From the NCBI GenBank assembly GCA_046726415.1, contig JBKPAK010000149.1, positions 1 through 23,647 of the forward strand: 23,647 bases of DNA, in the 5' to 3' direction. A program made the translations under genes and the position numbers. The notes under the pieces were generated by a model, which searched no databases, was not told the DNA's origin, and saw nothing but the letters and a program-made list of their open reading frames with translations. This stretch comes from Candidatus Methylomirabilota bacterium (GTDB lineage: Bacteria; Methylomirabilota; Methylomirabilia; Rokubacteriales; CSP1-6). Of the stretch, positions 9,483 through 17,159 are shown one piece after another. The first letter of the stretch is position 1. The number at the start of each line of letters is the position of its first letter.

Positions 9483-10469
9483 CTATTGGGGGACCCAGGC
9501 GATCGACGACACCTCGCCGAACTCCCGCCAGAGCTTGCGCCAGGAGTCGCCGCCGTCATCGCTTCGATAGAGGTAGCCATAGCGGCTGGCGGCGAAGACC
9601 ATGTCCGGAGCCGACGCGGGGATGCTCACTGTCCAGACGGCCGAGTTCGGCTGCACCGGCAGTCCCAGGCTGTGCCACGTGGCCCCGGCGTCCCGCGAGC
9701 GCATCACCGTCCCCACGCGGCCGGGGGTCGAGTCGCCCAAGGTCACGAACACCGTCTTCGGGTCATTGGGCTTGACCGCGATGCCGCGGGGGTAATGCCA
9801 GGGGAAAACCTCACGGGCGCGCGCCGCGTGCCAGGTTTTGCCGTCATCGGTGCTGCGCCAGACGTCGTCGTTGACCACCGTGAATACGGCTTTGGGAGGT
9901 CCCGCCACCACTAGGACGTTGTGGACGTCCGGATTTGGAATCTGGCCGTTCACCTTGGTCCAGGTGTCGCCTCCATCGGCGCTGTGCCGGACGCCGTCCA
10001 CCTCGAGCCCGACCCACACCTTCCGGTGGTCGGTGGGATCTACCGCGATCCCGGTTGGCCGCGGGATGCCGACGTTCGGGCAGTCCTCGGCGATGTCTAC
10101 GGGGAGATGCTCCCAGCTCTTCCCACCGTCGGTGGAGCGATAGATGCCAGGCTTGCTTGGCGTGCCCACGCCCGCGAACAACACGCTCGGATCAACGGGG
10201 TCGATAGCCATGCTCCAGACCATGGATCCGCTCATCGGCGTGTCCAGCAGGCGCCACTTTGCGCCACCATCATCGGTGTGGTAGAGGCCCAGATCGGTGC
10301 CCGCGTAGACCACGCCGGGCTTGCCGAAGTCGGCCAGCAGCGCCTTGACGATGCTGTCGGAATGCATGCCCTGGCGCACGCTGGCCCGCGTCCAGCTCTC
10401 GCCGTCGTCGGGGCTCATCATGACACCCTGGCCAATGGTCCCTACCAGGATCGTTCCCTTCTTCGCCAT
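9483..10469 (-). CDS. BNR/Asp-box repeat beta-propeller protein without signal peptide, 328 aa
   Basis: GGAGGT SD before ATG 10469; seven S/T-x-D-x-G-x-x-W boxes (SPDDGESW, TDDGGAKW, STDGGKSW, SADGGDTW, STDDGKTW, SRDAGATW, SDDGGDSW). Confidence 0.9.
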   Translation of the reverse strand: MAKKGTILVGTIGQGVMMSPDDGESWTRASVRQGMHSDSIVKALLADFGKPGVVYAGTDLGLYHTDDGGAKWRLLDTPMSGSMVWSMAIDPVDPSVLFAGVGTPSKPGIYRSTDGGKSWEHLPVDIAEDCPNVGIPRPTGIAVDPTDHRKVWVGLEVDGVRHSADGGDTWTKVNGQIPNPDVHNVLVVAGPPKAVFTVVNDDVWRSTDDGKTWHAARAREVFPWHYPRGIAVKPNDPKTVFVTLGDSTPGRVGTVMRSRDAGATWHSLGLPVQPNSAVWTVSIPASAPDMVFAASRYGYLYRSDDGGDSWRKLWREFGEVSSIAWVPQ

Positions 10470-10546
10470 GGTCCACCTCCTGACGTCGTCCGAACGTTTC
10501 GTTCTCCCGCTCCTGGCTCCCGCGCTCGCGACTATACACGTTCGAG

Positions 10547-10880
10547 GTCGGGGGGAGCGAGCGCCGCTCCCCCCGACACCCCCCACCGCCATTTTGGTGA
10601 CGGCGGGGGGAGCGTGCGCTCCTGCCCCGCCTCGTCGATCGTTTGCGTTGACGGCCTCGAGCAGTGACGGCGGGGGCGCGTGCGCTCCTGGCCCGCTTGG
10701 GCGATGGTCCGCGTTGACGGCCCCGATCATTTTGGTGACGGCGGGGGAGCGCGTTCGCTCCTGCCCCACCTCGTCGATCCGCGGCATTGACAGCCCCAGA
10801 GCGTTTGGGCGATGAGCGGGAAGCGTTTGCTCTTGCCGGCCCTCGTCAAAACAGCGACGTCATCCGGGTTGACCGGGGCG
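10547..10880. repeat. Tandem array of about four degenerate ~70-bp hairpin repeats preceded by a perfect 13-bp-stem hairpin
   Basis: GTGACGGCGGGGG starts at 10597, 10664 and 10735, with a degenerate unit at 10809. Each is followed by a CGCTCCTG-CCC..CTCGTC-like segment and then TTGAC. Perfect inverted repeat GTCGGGGGGAGCG / CGCTCCCCCCGAC at 10547-10577. Confidence 0.85.
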
Positions 10881-11171
10881 TCGAGGGGTCACCGCTCCTT
10901 AGTCGCCCTCCCTGGGATGGTCGCGCGGCCTGGCGAGTGGATCAAGCTCTTTCACCCGGGGGCGGTGTCGGCACCTTCACTCATTCGCCTGGTCGAGTGG
11001 CGAAAGTTTTCGTATGATCCGTGTCCCTGGCCGCCGTCGGCGGCCCGACGAACAGTCGCTGCTCCGCCTCGCGTCGGAGGTGCGGGCACGCAACTGTCGC
11101 GGGCTGGCCATGGCGCGGGAGTGGATCGATTTGATTCGAGAGCGCGGCGAACGCGCGAGGGGAGGATGGCC

Positions 11172-11480
11172 ATGGTCATCCGCGTCACGTGGGGCAAGCT
11201 GCGGTCGGGCTCGTGGAGCGACTTCGAGCGCGCCTATCGGGCGAACGTCGTGGCCAAGGGCAAGAACATCAAGGGGCTACGGGGTCGCTGGCTCGCGCAG
11301 GACGAGGGAGACAAGGACACTGGCTTTGCCGTGAGCCTCTGGGAGAACCTGGCGGACATGCAGTCGTACGAGCAGAGCGCCCTGTACAGGGAGATCATCG
11401 CGTCGCTGCAGCCGTTCTTCGTCGGCGAGTTCAAGACCTACCGGTGTGACGTGAAGTACAGCGAGGGTGCTCAGGGGTAG
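11172..11480 (+). CDS. Antibiotic biosynthesis monooxygenase (ABM)/dimeric alpha-beta barrel protein, 102 aa
   Basis: GGAGG at 11161-11165, 6 nt before ATG 11172; IKGLRGRWL..GFAVSLWENLADMQSYE pattern. Confidence 0.85.
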   Translation: MVIRVTWGKLRSGSWSDFERAYRANVVAKGKNIKGLRGRWLAQDEGDKDTGFAVSLWENLADMQSYEQSALYREIIASLQPFFVGEFKTYRCDVKYSEGAQG

Positions 11481-11523
11481 GGGCGGCCCCTCCGCGGAAC
11501 CCGAGCGTCACGAGCGCATCTCC

Positions 11524-11569
11524 GCCGCCTCGGGCGCGTAGGCGGCGCCGATCTGACGGCAGCCGTCAG
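11524..11569. terminator. Two GC-rich hairpins between convergent genes (possible bidirectional terminator/3' stabiliser)
   Basis: GCCGCCT/AGGCGGC (11524-11546) and CTGACGGC-A-GCCGTCAG (11553-11569, overlapping the hydrolase stop); no U-tract. Confidence 0.4.
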
Positions 11570-12426
11570 TCCTTTACTGCCTGCGCGGCGAAGTTGGCGA
11601 GCGCCTGCGCCAGCCCGACCGGATTCTCCATCTGCATCGCGTAGTCACCCTCGACGTCGATCATGACCGCGTTCTTCCAGCAGCGGGCGATCTCCGCGGC
11701 CTCCTCGGTCGTCAGCTCCGAGCTGCGGCTGCCTCTCAAGATCGCCACCGGGCAGGTGACCTTTGCGGCGTATGCTCTCAGGTTATCCGCCATGTGGGCG
11801 AGACCCAGCGCCACCCGAACGCTGTCGTATTTGACCGCCACGCCGCGACCGGACGGCACCGTGTTGTGTTCCAGGCGGTGCCGCAGCGCCTTCTCTGGGT
11901 CGCGAGGGCGAAAGGACCGCAGGTACTCCAGCGCGGCTTCCCGCGAAGGGAACTCGGTCGTCGACGCCAGGGTTCGCTGGGCCGCTCCGAGCACGTTGAT
12001 CGCGGCCTGTCGGGTAGGGAAGAAGTTGCTCGGGTGTGGCCCGCCCACCAGCGCCAGGGCCTGGACATGCTCCGGATGGATCGCCGCAAAGACCTGTCCA
12101 ACCCGGCCGCCGAGGGAGTGACCGGCGACGATGGCTCGGTCTAGACCTACTTCCCGGAAGAACAAGTACAGATCGTGGGCGTACTCCTCCGCCGAGTAGT
12201 CGCCGTCGGGCCGTCCGCTGTCGCCGTGCCCCCGCTGGTCGAGGGCGTACACGTGGAAGCGCGGCCCGAGGGCGTCGACCATCCACTCCCACATGCGCCC
12301 GTACCCGGACGACGGATGCAGCAAGATCAGATTCGGCTCCGACCCGGGCCACTCGTAATAGTGGATCTTGAGGCCGTTGGGTAGGGTGACATCCTTTTCC
12401 CGGAATTTGCGCGGCACTTCGGCCAT
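11566..12426 (-). CDS. Alpha/beta-hydrolase-fold protein, 286 aa
   Basis: AAGGAGG SD; DQRGHGDS, GHSLGG nucleophile elbow, CPVAILRG. Confidence 0.9.
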   Translation of the reverse strand: MAEVPRKFREKDVTLPNGLKIHYYEWPGSEPNLILLHPSSGYGRMWEWMVDALGPRFHVYALDQRGHGDSGRPDGDYSAEEYAHDLYLFFREVGLDRAIVAGHSLGGRVGQVFAAIHPEHVQALALVGGPHPSNFFPTRQAAINVLGAAQRTLASTTEFPSREAALEYLRSFRPRDPEKALRHRLEHNTVPSGRGVAVKYDSVRVALGLAHMADNLRAYAAKVTCPVAILRGSRSSELTTEEAAEIARCWKNAVMIDVEGDYAMQMENPVGLAQALANFAAQAVKD

Positions 12427-12456
12427 CGCCGCCTCCTTCCCTCCCAAGCGCTTGGC

Positions 12457-12759
12457 TCAATGCGAGCGGTCCCTGATCTCGGCGATCTTGCGGTCGCGGT
12501 CGCGCGCGAGACGCTCGACGTCCTGCGCGAATTCCTCGTTGAGCCGCGCGATCTCCTCATGGCTGCTGGCCTTCTGCAGTGCGTCGCGCTGCAGAATCTC
12601 GCGCTCGGCGACCTTGGCCTCGTGGACCTTGCGCACGTCGGCGATGGCCGCTTTCTGCTCGTCGGTGAGGGGGCGCTCGACCACACCCTCTTCGCGGTCC
12701 TTCCGGCGCAGGCGTTCCATGGCGAGCTCGAATGCGCTCTTGGGGGCGTCGTTCGACAT
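12457..12759 (-). CDS. Hypothetical charged helical protein, 100 aa
   Basis: GAGGTG SD, GC3-biased codons, KSAFELAMERL N-terminus; TACACT -10-like box at 12785-12790. Confidence 0.8.
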   Translation of the reverse strand: MSNDAPKSAFELAMERLRRKDREEGVVERPLTDEQKAAIADVRKVHEAKVAEREILQRDALQKASSHEEIARLNEEFAQDVERLARDRDRKIAEIRDRSH

Positions 12760-12984
12760 GGTCGATCACCTCGCTTTCCAAGCTAGTGTAGCGCGGCGAG
12801 CGCGATCGGCTCGACGGGTCCCATTCACGACGCATGGATTCCGGCACGCCACGCGTCGGCGGCGTTGGCGTCACCCTGCCCCGCCCGCTCGATCTGACGC
12901 GTCATCGCGCCTCCGGGAGAGGCGATCGCGGCGTCGCACGGGTCGACGTTTCTCCGTACCGCGCTCACAACAGAGAGTGTCGCC

Positions 12985-13360
12985 ATGAGCCGTTCGCGCG
13001 TTCTGCTCGCGGCCAGCTCACCCTCGGCTTCCTCGCGGCCGGTCTCTTCGTCAGCGGGGCGTCGTTCGGCATGGACGCCGAGATATTGATGGCCTGGATG
13101 GGCTACGGTGGCGGGCAGGAATGCTATGACGAGCTGCTGCAGAACAACTTGACCAGGAGCTGGGGATGACGCTCGTGACCTGCCCGCTGGCGACATCCAG
13201 CCTCGCGCTCGACCGAGCCGGAAAGCACAAGGTCAAGGTGGCAATCACCCAAACAGGTTCTGAAGGCGCAGCTCGAGGCCTGGTACCGCGTCGTCGCCAA
13301 GGAGATCAACACCCGTTCTTCCCCAAGATTCTCAAGTCGCAGCGGCAGGCGGCACCCAGG
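12985..13360 (+). pseudogene. Decayed TRAP transporter solute-binding protein (DctP/TakP-like), frameshifted and internally deleted
   Basis: Frame-hopping fragments in native order: SFGMDAEILMAWMGYGGGQECYDELLQ; ELGMTLVT/LPAGDIQP/ALDR; KHKVKV/PKQVLKAQLEAWYRVVAKE (13248-13304)/HPFFPKILKSQR. Confidence 0.7.
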
Positions 13361-13399
13361 CCGTGGGTGAGATCTCACCCAACGCCCATCGAGGTGACA

Positions 13400-13630
13400 G
13401 GGCAGGTTGCGCAATATCACCTGCGTGCCGGGCTGGAAGGCGATGATGCTGGCCGGCCCCCCCACCGCCGAGTCGGTCGTTAGCCTGACCATCCGGCCAT
13501 CTTGAAACGTGACGACGCCGCTCTGCTGGTCGTAGCGGGTCACGATGGCAGTGGCATCGATCGCCGGTTGACCGGACGCGATGTTGACGAGAGGAGAGGC
13601 CACCACTTGGGCCGTCGGCGCCGCCGTCAC
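13400..13630 (-). pseudogene. Probable gene fragment of a beta-rich protein
   Basis: Protein-like stretch IDATAIVTRYDQQSGVVTFQDGRMVRLT..FQPGTQVILRN with no SD/start, degrading into non-coding-like sequence. Confidence 0.35.
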
Positions 13631-13858
13631 CGCCGTGCCGGTGGGTTGTCCCCTGGATACTCAGGTTAGGCAAGCCACATGCCCGCGAGGGCGCTCATGC
13701 AGGACTAGGCTGCTTCGTACCGCGGAAAAGCGCGTCCGAATCAGAGGTGCGGCAATGCCGCGAAATGCTTGATGCTGGGTTCCAGGGCGGCGCGGCCTGC
13801 TGGTGGCGATACGCGGTGCGTAAGTCATGCCGACGGGACCTTTCATCGATGCCGCAAT

Positions 13859-15175
13859 TCAGTGCGTCGGGGGTAGTCCGACGGTTGCCCGGCTCCGCAC
13901 CAGCCGCATGAGCGGCGTCCGCAGCCGTCGCGGCGTCGTGCGGCCCAGAACGATCTCGTCAGCCCCTACGAAGCGGGCGAGGGAGGCCAGCGCCTCGGCC
14001 AGCCCGGCCAGCGCCTCGTCCGGATCGAGGCGGCCGGCCATGGAGCCCCACCCCGCTCGCGGCGTCCCCGCGGCGGCGAACCACGGCTCGTAGTGCACGT
14101 GCCGGACTTCCAACCTCCGCTCGGCGCGGTGGGCCTTGACGTCGAGGCGGCCGATGAGATGGCCGTGATGGAGGACTGGGAGCGTGTAGTAGCCATGCAC
14201 CCGCTTGGGGCCCGGTGTGTAGACCTCGATCCGATAGTCGAACCCGAAGAGGCGCGCGACTCGGTCGCGATGCCAGAGGAGCGAATCGAAGGGCGAGAGC
14301 AGCGTCGTCCCGTGTGAAGGCATGGGCGCCCGCCCTGCACGAGCGAGGGCCGGCAGATCGCGGGTGAGCGCGAGCCAGCGGCCGGGCGCGCCTTCGACCT
14401 CGATCTCGGTGACCTCGCCCCGCTCGAGCATCGCGCGAAACACGGCGCGGCGGGCGCCGGGCAGGAAGCGGGGAAAGGTGAGGTAGCGGGTCAGGTCGGC
14501 CTCGGTCGCTGCCCCCATCGCGTGTAGCGAGCGCTCGACGTGCCAGCGGTGGAACACCTCGGACGGTACGACCTCGATGTCTCGCACACCCGGCATCGCG
14601 CGTTCCAGGAGGTCGAAGCGCTTCTGAAAGTGCCGGCGCGAGTGGACCGTGAGTGCGCCGGTCATCCACAGATAGTGCACCGCGTGCTGGACGGGTCTCC
14701 AGTCCCACCACCCACCGCGGCCGCCGGCCGGGCGTCGACTGTCGAAGTCCGCGTGGCCCATGGGCCCGTTGGCCTGGACGGCCGCCGTCACCGCGCTCAG
14801 CACCTTTGCGTTCCTACGGAGCCAGCGCGACCAGCCGGTGTGCCGGATGCGATAGTCGAGCATCGCGCGCCGCCACCACGGCAGCATCGAGGTCGGCACG
14901 AGGCAGGCGGCGTGCGCCCAGTACTCGAACAGGAGCCGCTGGCCGTAAACAAGCCGATCGAGCCGCGCCCGATCGTAGACGCCGAAGCGGCTCCACACCG
15001 TCAAGTAGTGGGCGCGATCGAGGACATTGATGGAATCCAGCTGGAGCCCGCCCACGTCTTCGACGAAGCGGCCGAGCCTGCCCGAAGTCAGCGCGGCGGC
15101 GCGCGGGCGGGCGAGGTGCTGGCGCTCCAGGAACAGCGCGGTTACCGCGCGCAACGGCAACGCCGAGTCCGGCAT
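13859..15175 (-). CDS. ycaQ: YcaQ-like (HTH_42/AlkZ superfamily) interstrand-crosslink DNA glycosylase, 438 aa
   Basis: LQLDSINV (QxD), LFEYWAHAAC, LLSPFDSLLWHRDR, FGFDYRIEVY, GYYTLPVL, GRLDVKA. Confidence 0.9.
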   Translation of the reverse strand: MPDSALPLRAVTALFLERQHLARPRAAALTSGRLGRFVEDVGGLQLDSINVLDRAHYLTVWSRFGVYDRARLDRLVYGQRLLFEYWAHAACLVPTSMLPWWRRAMLDYRIRHTGWSRWLRRNAKVLSAVTAAVQANGPMGHADFDSRRPAGGRGGWWDWRPVQHAVHYLWMTGALTVHSRRHFQKRFDLLERAMPGVRDIEVVPSEVFHRWHVERSLHAMGAATEADLTRYLTFPRFLPGARRAVFRAMLERGEVTEIEVEGAPGRWLALTRDLPALARAGRAPMPSHGTTLLSPFDSLLWHRDRVARLFGFDYRIEVYTPGPKRVHGYYTLPVLHHGHLIGRLDVKAHRAERRLEVRHVHYEPWFAAAGTPRAGWGSMAGRLDPDEALAGLAEALASLARFVGADEIVLGRTTPRRLRTPLMRLVRSRATVGLPPTH

Positions 15176-15182
15176 CTCCGGG

Positions 15183-15191
15183 AGCCTACCA
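15183..15191 (-). promoter_or_regulatory. Putative extended -10 promoter for a leaderless ycaQ mRNA
   Basis: Minus strand reads TGG-TAGGCT-7 nt-ATG; no properly spaced SD. Confidence 0.5.
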
Positions 15192-15251
15192 CTAGAATGC
15201 TCGCCGATCTCGGTATCGCCAGTGAGCTGGCCGGTCCGACGCTGTCGTCCG

Positions 15252-15280
15252 TTGACAGTCGAGGAAGATCGCCGCATCAT
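15252..15280 (+). promoter_or_regulatory. Putative sigma70 promoter of the second ABC operon
   Basis: TTGACA (15252-15257), 17 bp, CATCAT (15275-15280). Confidence 0.5.
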
Positions 15281-15535
15281 TCGGCATCCTTCAAGATCCG
15301 GCTGAGGCGATTGCCATGACGATCGCGGTTGCGGCGCCGATGCCATCGGGGTGTGACGGGTGTGGCGGTCGCCAGGCCGGTCGCGACATGCTGCTCGTCC
15401 ACCGGGCGCTCTCGGCGACGTCAGTGGCCGCCGAAGCGTGTCCCGCCAAGGGAAGTGGCCAACGGTGATCTGCCCGACCGTCGGCGTCGGAGCCCTGCGA
15501 CGGCGCCCGGACGGCCAATACAAAGGAGTAGGTGC

Positions 15536-17137
15536 ATGCGCATCATTCATTCCCGGGTAACGGTGGGACGGATCGCGTTGGGACTCTCCGCGCTGGGCCT
15601 CCTCACGGCGCTCGCGCTGCCGGTCGATGCCCAGAAGCGGGGTGGCACCCTCACGATCGTCCGGCCGACCGACCCAGTCTCGCTCGACCCGAACCTCGAG
15701 ACCACCGCGCCGGGCGCCTGGGTCTACTTCAACATGCTCGAAGGGTTGCTGACCCTCGACGACAAGATGCAGGTCAAGCCGGGGCTGGCGACTTCCTACG
15801 AGGTGATGTCGCCCACCAAGGTTCGCTTCAAGCTGCGCCCGGGAGTGAAGTTCCACGACGGCACGCCCTTCAACGCGGCGGCGGTGAAGTTCACGTTCGA
15901 TCGCGCGCTCAAGGGCAACCCGCCGGCGCGCTGGGCCAGCCTGGCCGGCTCGCTGACTGGAGCCGAGGTCGTGGACGACCTTACCGTCGACATCGTCACC
16001 AAGGAGCCGTATGGCCCGATCCTTCGCACCTTGGCCATGTACTGCATGGGCATTGTGTCGCCGGCGGCCGTGCAGAAGACGGGGTCGGACTTCAGCCGGG
16101 CCCCGGTGGGCACCGGACCGTTCAAGTTCGTGGAGTGGAAGACCAACACGCACGTGATCATCGAGCGGAACCCCGACTACTGGGGCGACAAGGCCCTGGT
16201 CGACCGCGTGATCTTCAAGGTGGTGCCCGAGGAAGGCGCCAGGATGATCGCGCTCCAAACCGGCGACGCGGACATGGTGCTGTTCCCCTCGCCCGCGCAA
16301 CTCCCGTCGCTGCGCAAGGATTCGAAGTACACGGTGCACGAGACAACCGGCATCCGAGTGGTCTTCGCGGGCCTGCACGCGGGACAGCCGCCGCTGGACG
16401 ACGTGCGCGTGCGGCAGGCGCTGCTCCACGCGGTGGATCGCAAGGCGATCCTCGAGAACATCATGGAAGGCTCGGCGGGGCCGGCGCGCGGCGTCCTCGC
16501 CCCTGGCGTGTTCGGCTACAAGGACATGCAGCTCGACCGCCTGTATCCGTTCGACCGCGCCCAGGCCAAGGCCCTGCTGGCCCAGGCTGGCTGGGCACCT
16601 GGACCCGACGGGATGATGCAGAAGGGCGGGCAGCGGCTGTCACTCTCGTGGTTAGCCGCGCGCGGCCGCTATCCCAAGGACGGCGAGATCACCGAGGCCA
16701 TGCAGGCCATGTTCAAGGAGATCGGAGTCGAGGCCAAGGTGCAGATCCTCGAGTGGGCCGCCGTGTTCCAGCAGCTGCGGGGGGCCACGCTCAACCACCA
16801 CATGTTCACCCTGGGCTGGGTGACGTCGAACGCCGACGCCGACTACTCGCTCTACGCGCTCTTCCACTCCAAGAACGTGCCTCCCACGGGGTGGAACACG
16901 TCGCGCTACGCGAACCCCAAGGTAGACGCCCTCGTCGAGCAGGCGCGCCGGAGCCTCAATCAGACCGAGCGCGAGAAGCTCTACGGCGAGGTGCAGGACA
17001 TCCTCGCCAAGGAGATGGTGTGGATCCCCGTCTACACGACCAAGGAGATCATCGTCACCCGCGCCAATGTGAAGGGTTTCACCGTCCACCCCGTCGAGTA
17101 CAACCTGGCCCTCTGGAAGACCTCGGTCGACAAGTAG
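15536..17137 (+). CDS. ABC transporter substrate-binding protein, family 5 (GsiB/DppA-like), 533 aa
   Basis: AAAGGAG SD; signal peptide ending VDAQ; FKLRPGVKFHDGTPFNAAAVKFTFDR, PVGTGPFKF, DADY. Confidence 0.95.
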   Translation: MRIIHSRVTVGRIALGLSALGLLTALALPVDAQKRGGTLTIVRPTDPVSLDPNLETTAPGAWVYFNMLEGLLTLDDKMQVKPGLATSYEVMSPTKVRFKLRPGVKFHDGTPFNAAAVKFTFDRALKGNPPARWASLAGSLTGAEVVDDLTVDIVTKEPYGPILRTLAMYCMGIVSPAAVQKTGSDFSRAPVGTGPFKFVEWKTNTHVIIERNPDYWGDKALVDRVIFKVVPEEGARMIALQTGDADMVLFPSPAQLPSLRKDSKYTVHETTGIRVVFAGLHAGQPPLDDVRVRQALLHAVDRKAILENIMEGSAGPARGVLAPGVFGYKDMQLDRLYPFDRAQAKALLAQAGWAPGPDGMMQKGGQRLSLSWLAARGRYPKDGEITEAMQAMFKEIGVEAKVQILEWAAVFQQLRGATLNHHMFTLGWVTSNADADYSLYALFHSKNVPPTGWNTSRYANPKVDALVEQARRSLNQTEREKLYGEVQDILAKEMVWIPVYTTKEIIVTRANVKGFTVHPVEYNLALWKTSVDK

Positions 17138-17159
17138 TCGCGCCTCGCGGAGGCGGCGG

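Noticed and set aside
7587..10637. Integron attC sites
   Set aside because: No RYYYAAC...GTTRRRY core ends, not one site per gene, and no integrase in the window.
10470..10787. N-terminal extension of the propeller ORF with peptide repeats (AVTKM, GAHAPP)
   Set aside because: It is a translation of the DNA repeats (periods 67/71/74 are not multiples of 3); a strong GGAGGT SD supports ATG 10469.
10547..10880. CRISPR array
   Set aside because: Repeats are degenerate, the intervening parts share motifs (TTGAC) rather than being unique spacers, and no cas genes are present.
7725..15175. Natural-product biosynthetic cluster with a self-resistance glycosylase
   Set aside because: No scaffold-forming enzyme (NRPS/PKS/RiPP/terpene) in the window, and the glycosylase has the QxD housekeeping-type motif.
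15440..15500. Cobalamin riboswitch-like words (GCCA..GGGAAG..GTCGGAGCCCTGC)
   Set aside because: The conserved 5' core is not visible; it would need an Infernal hit.
15176..16429. 856-aa fusion ORF including ycaQ
   Set aside because: The upstream part is antisense to the SBP gene; YcaQ similarity begins at about ATG 15175.
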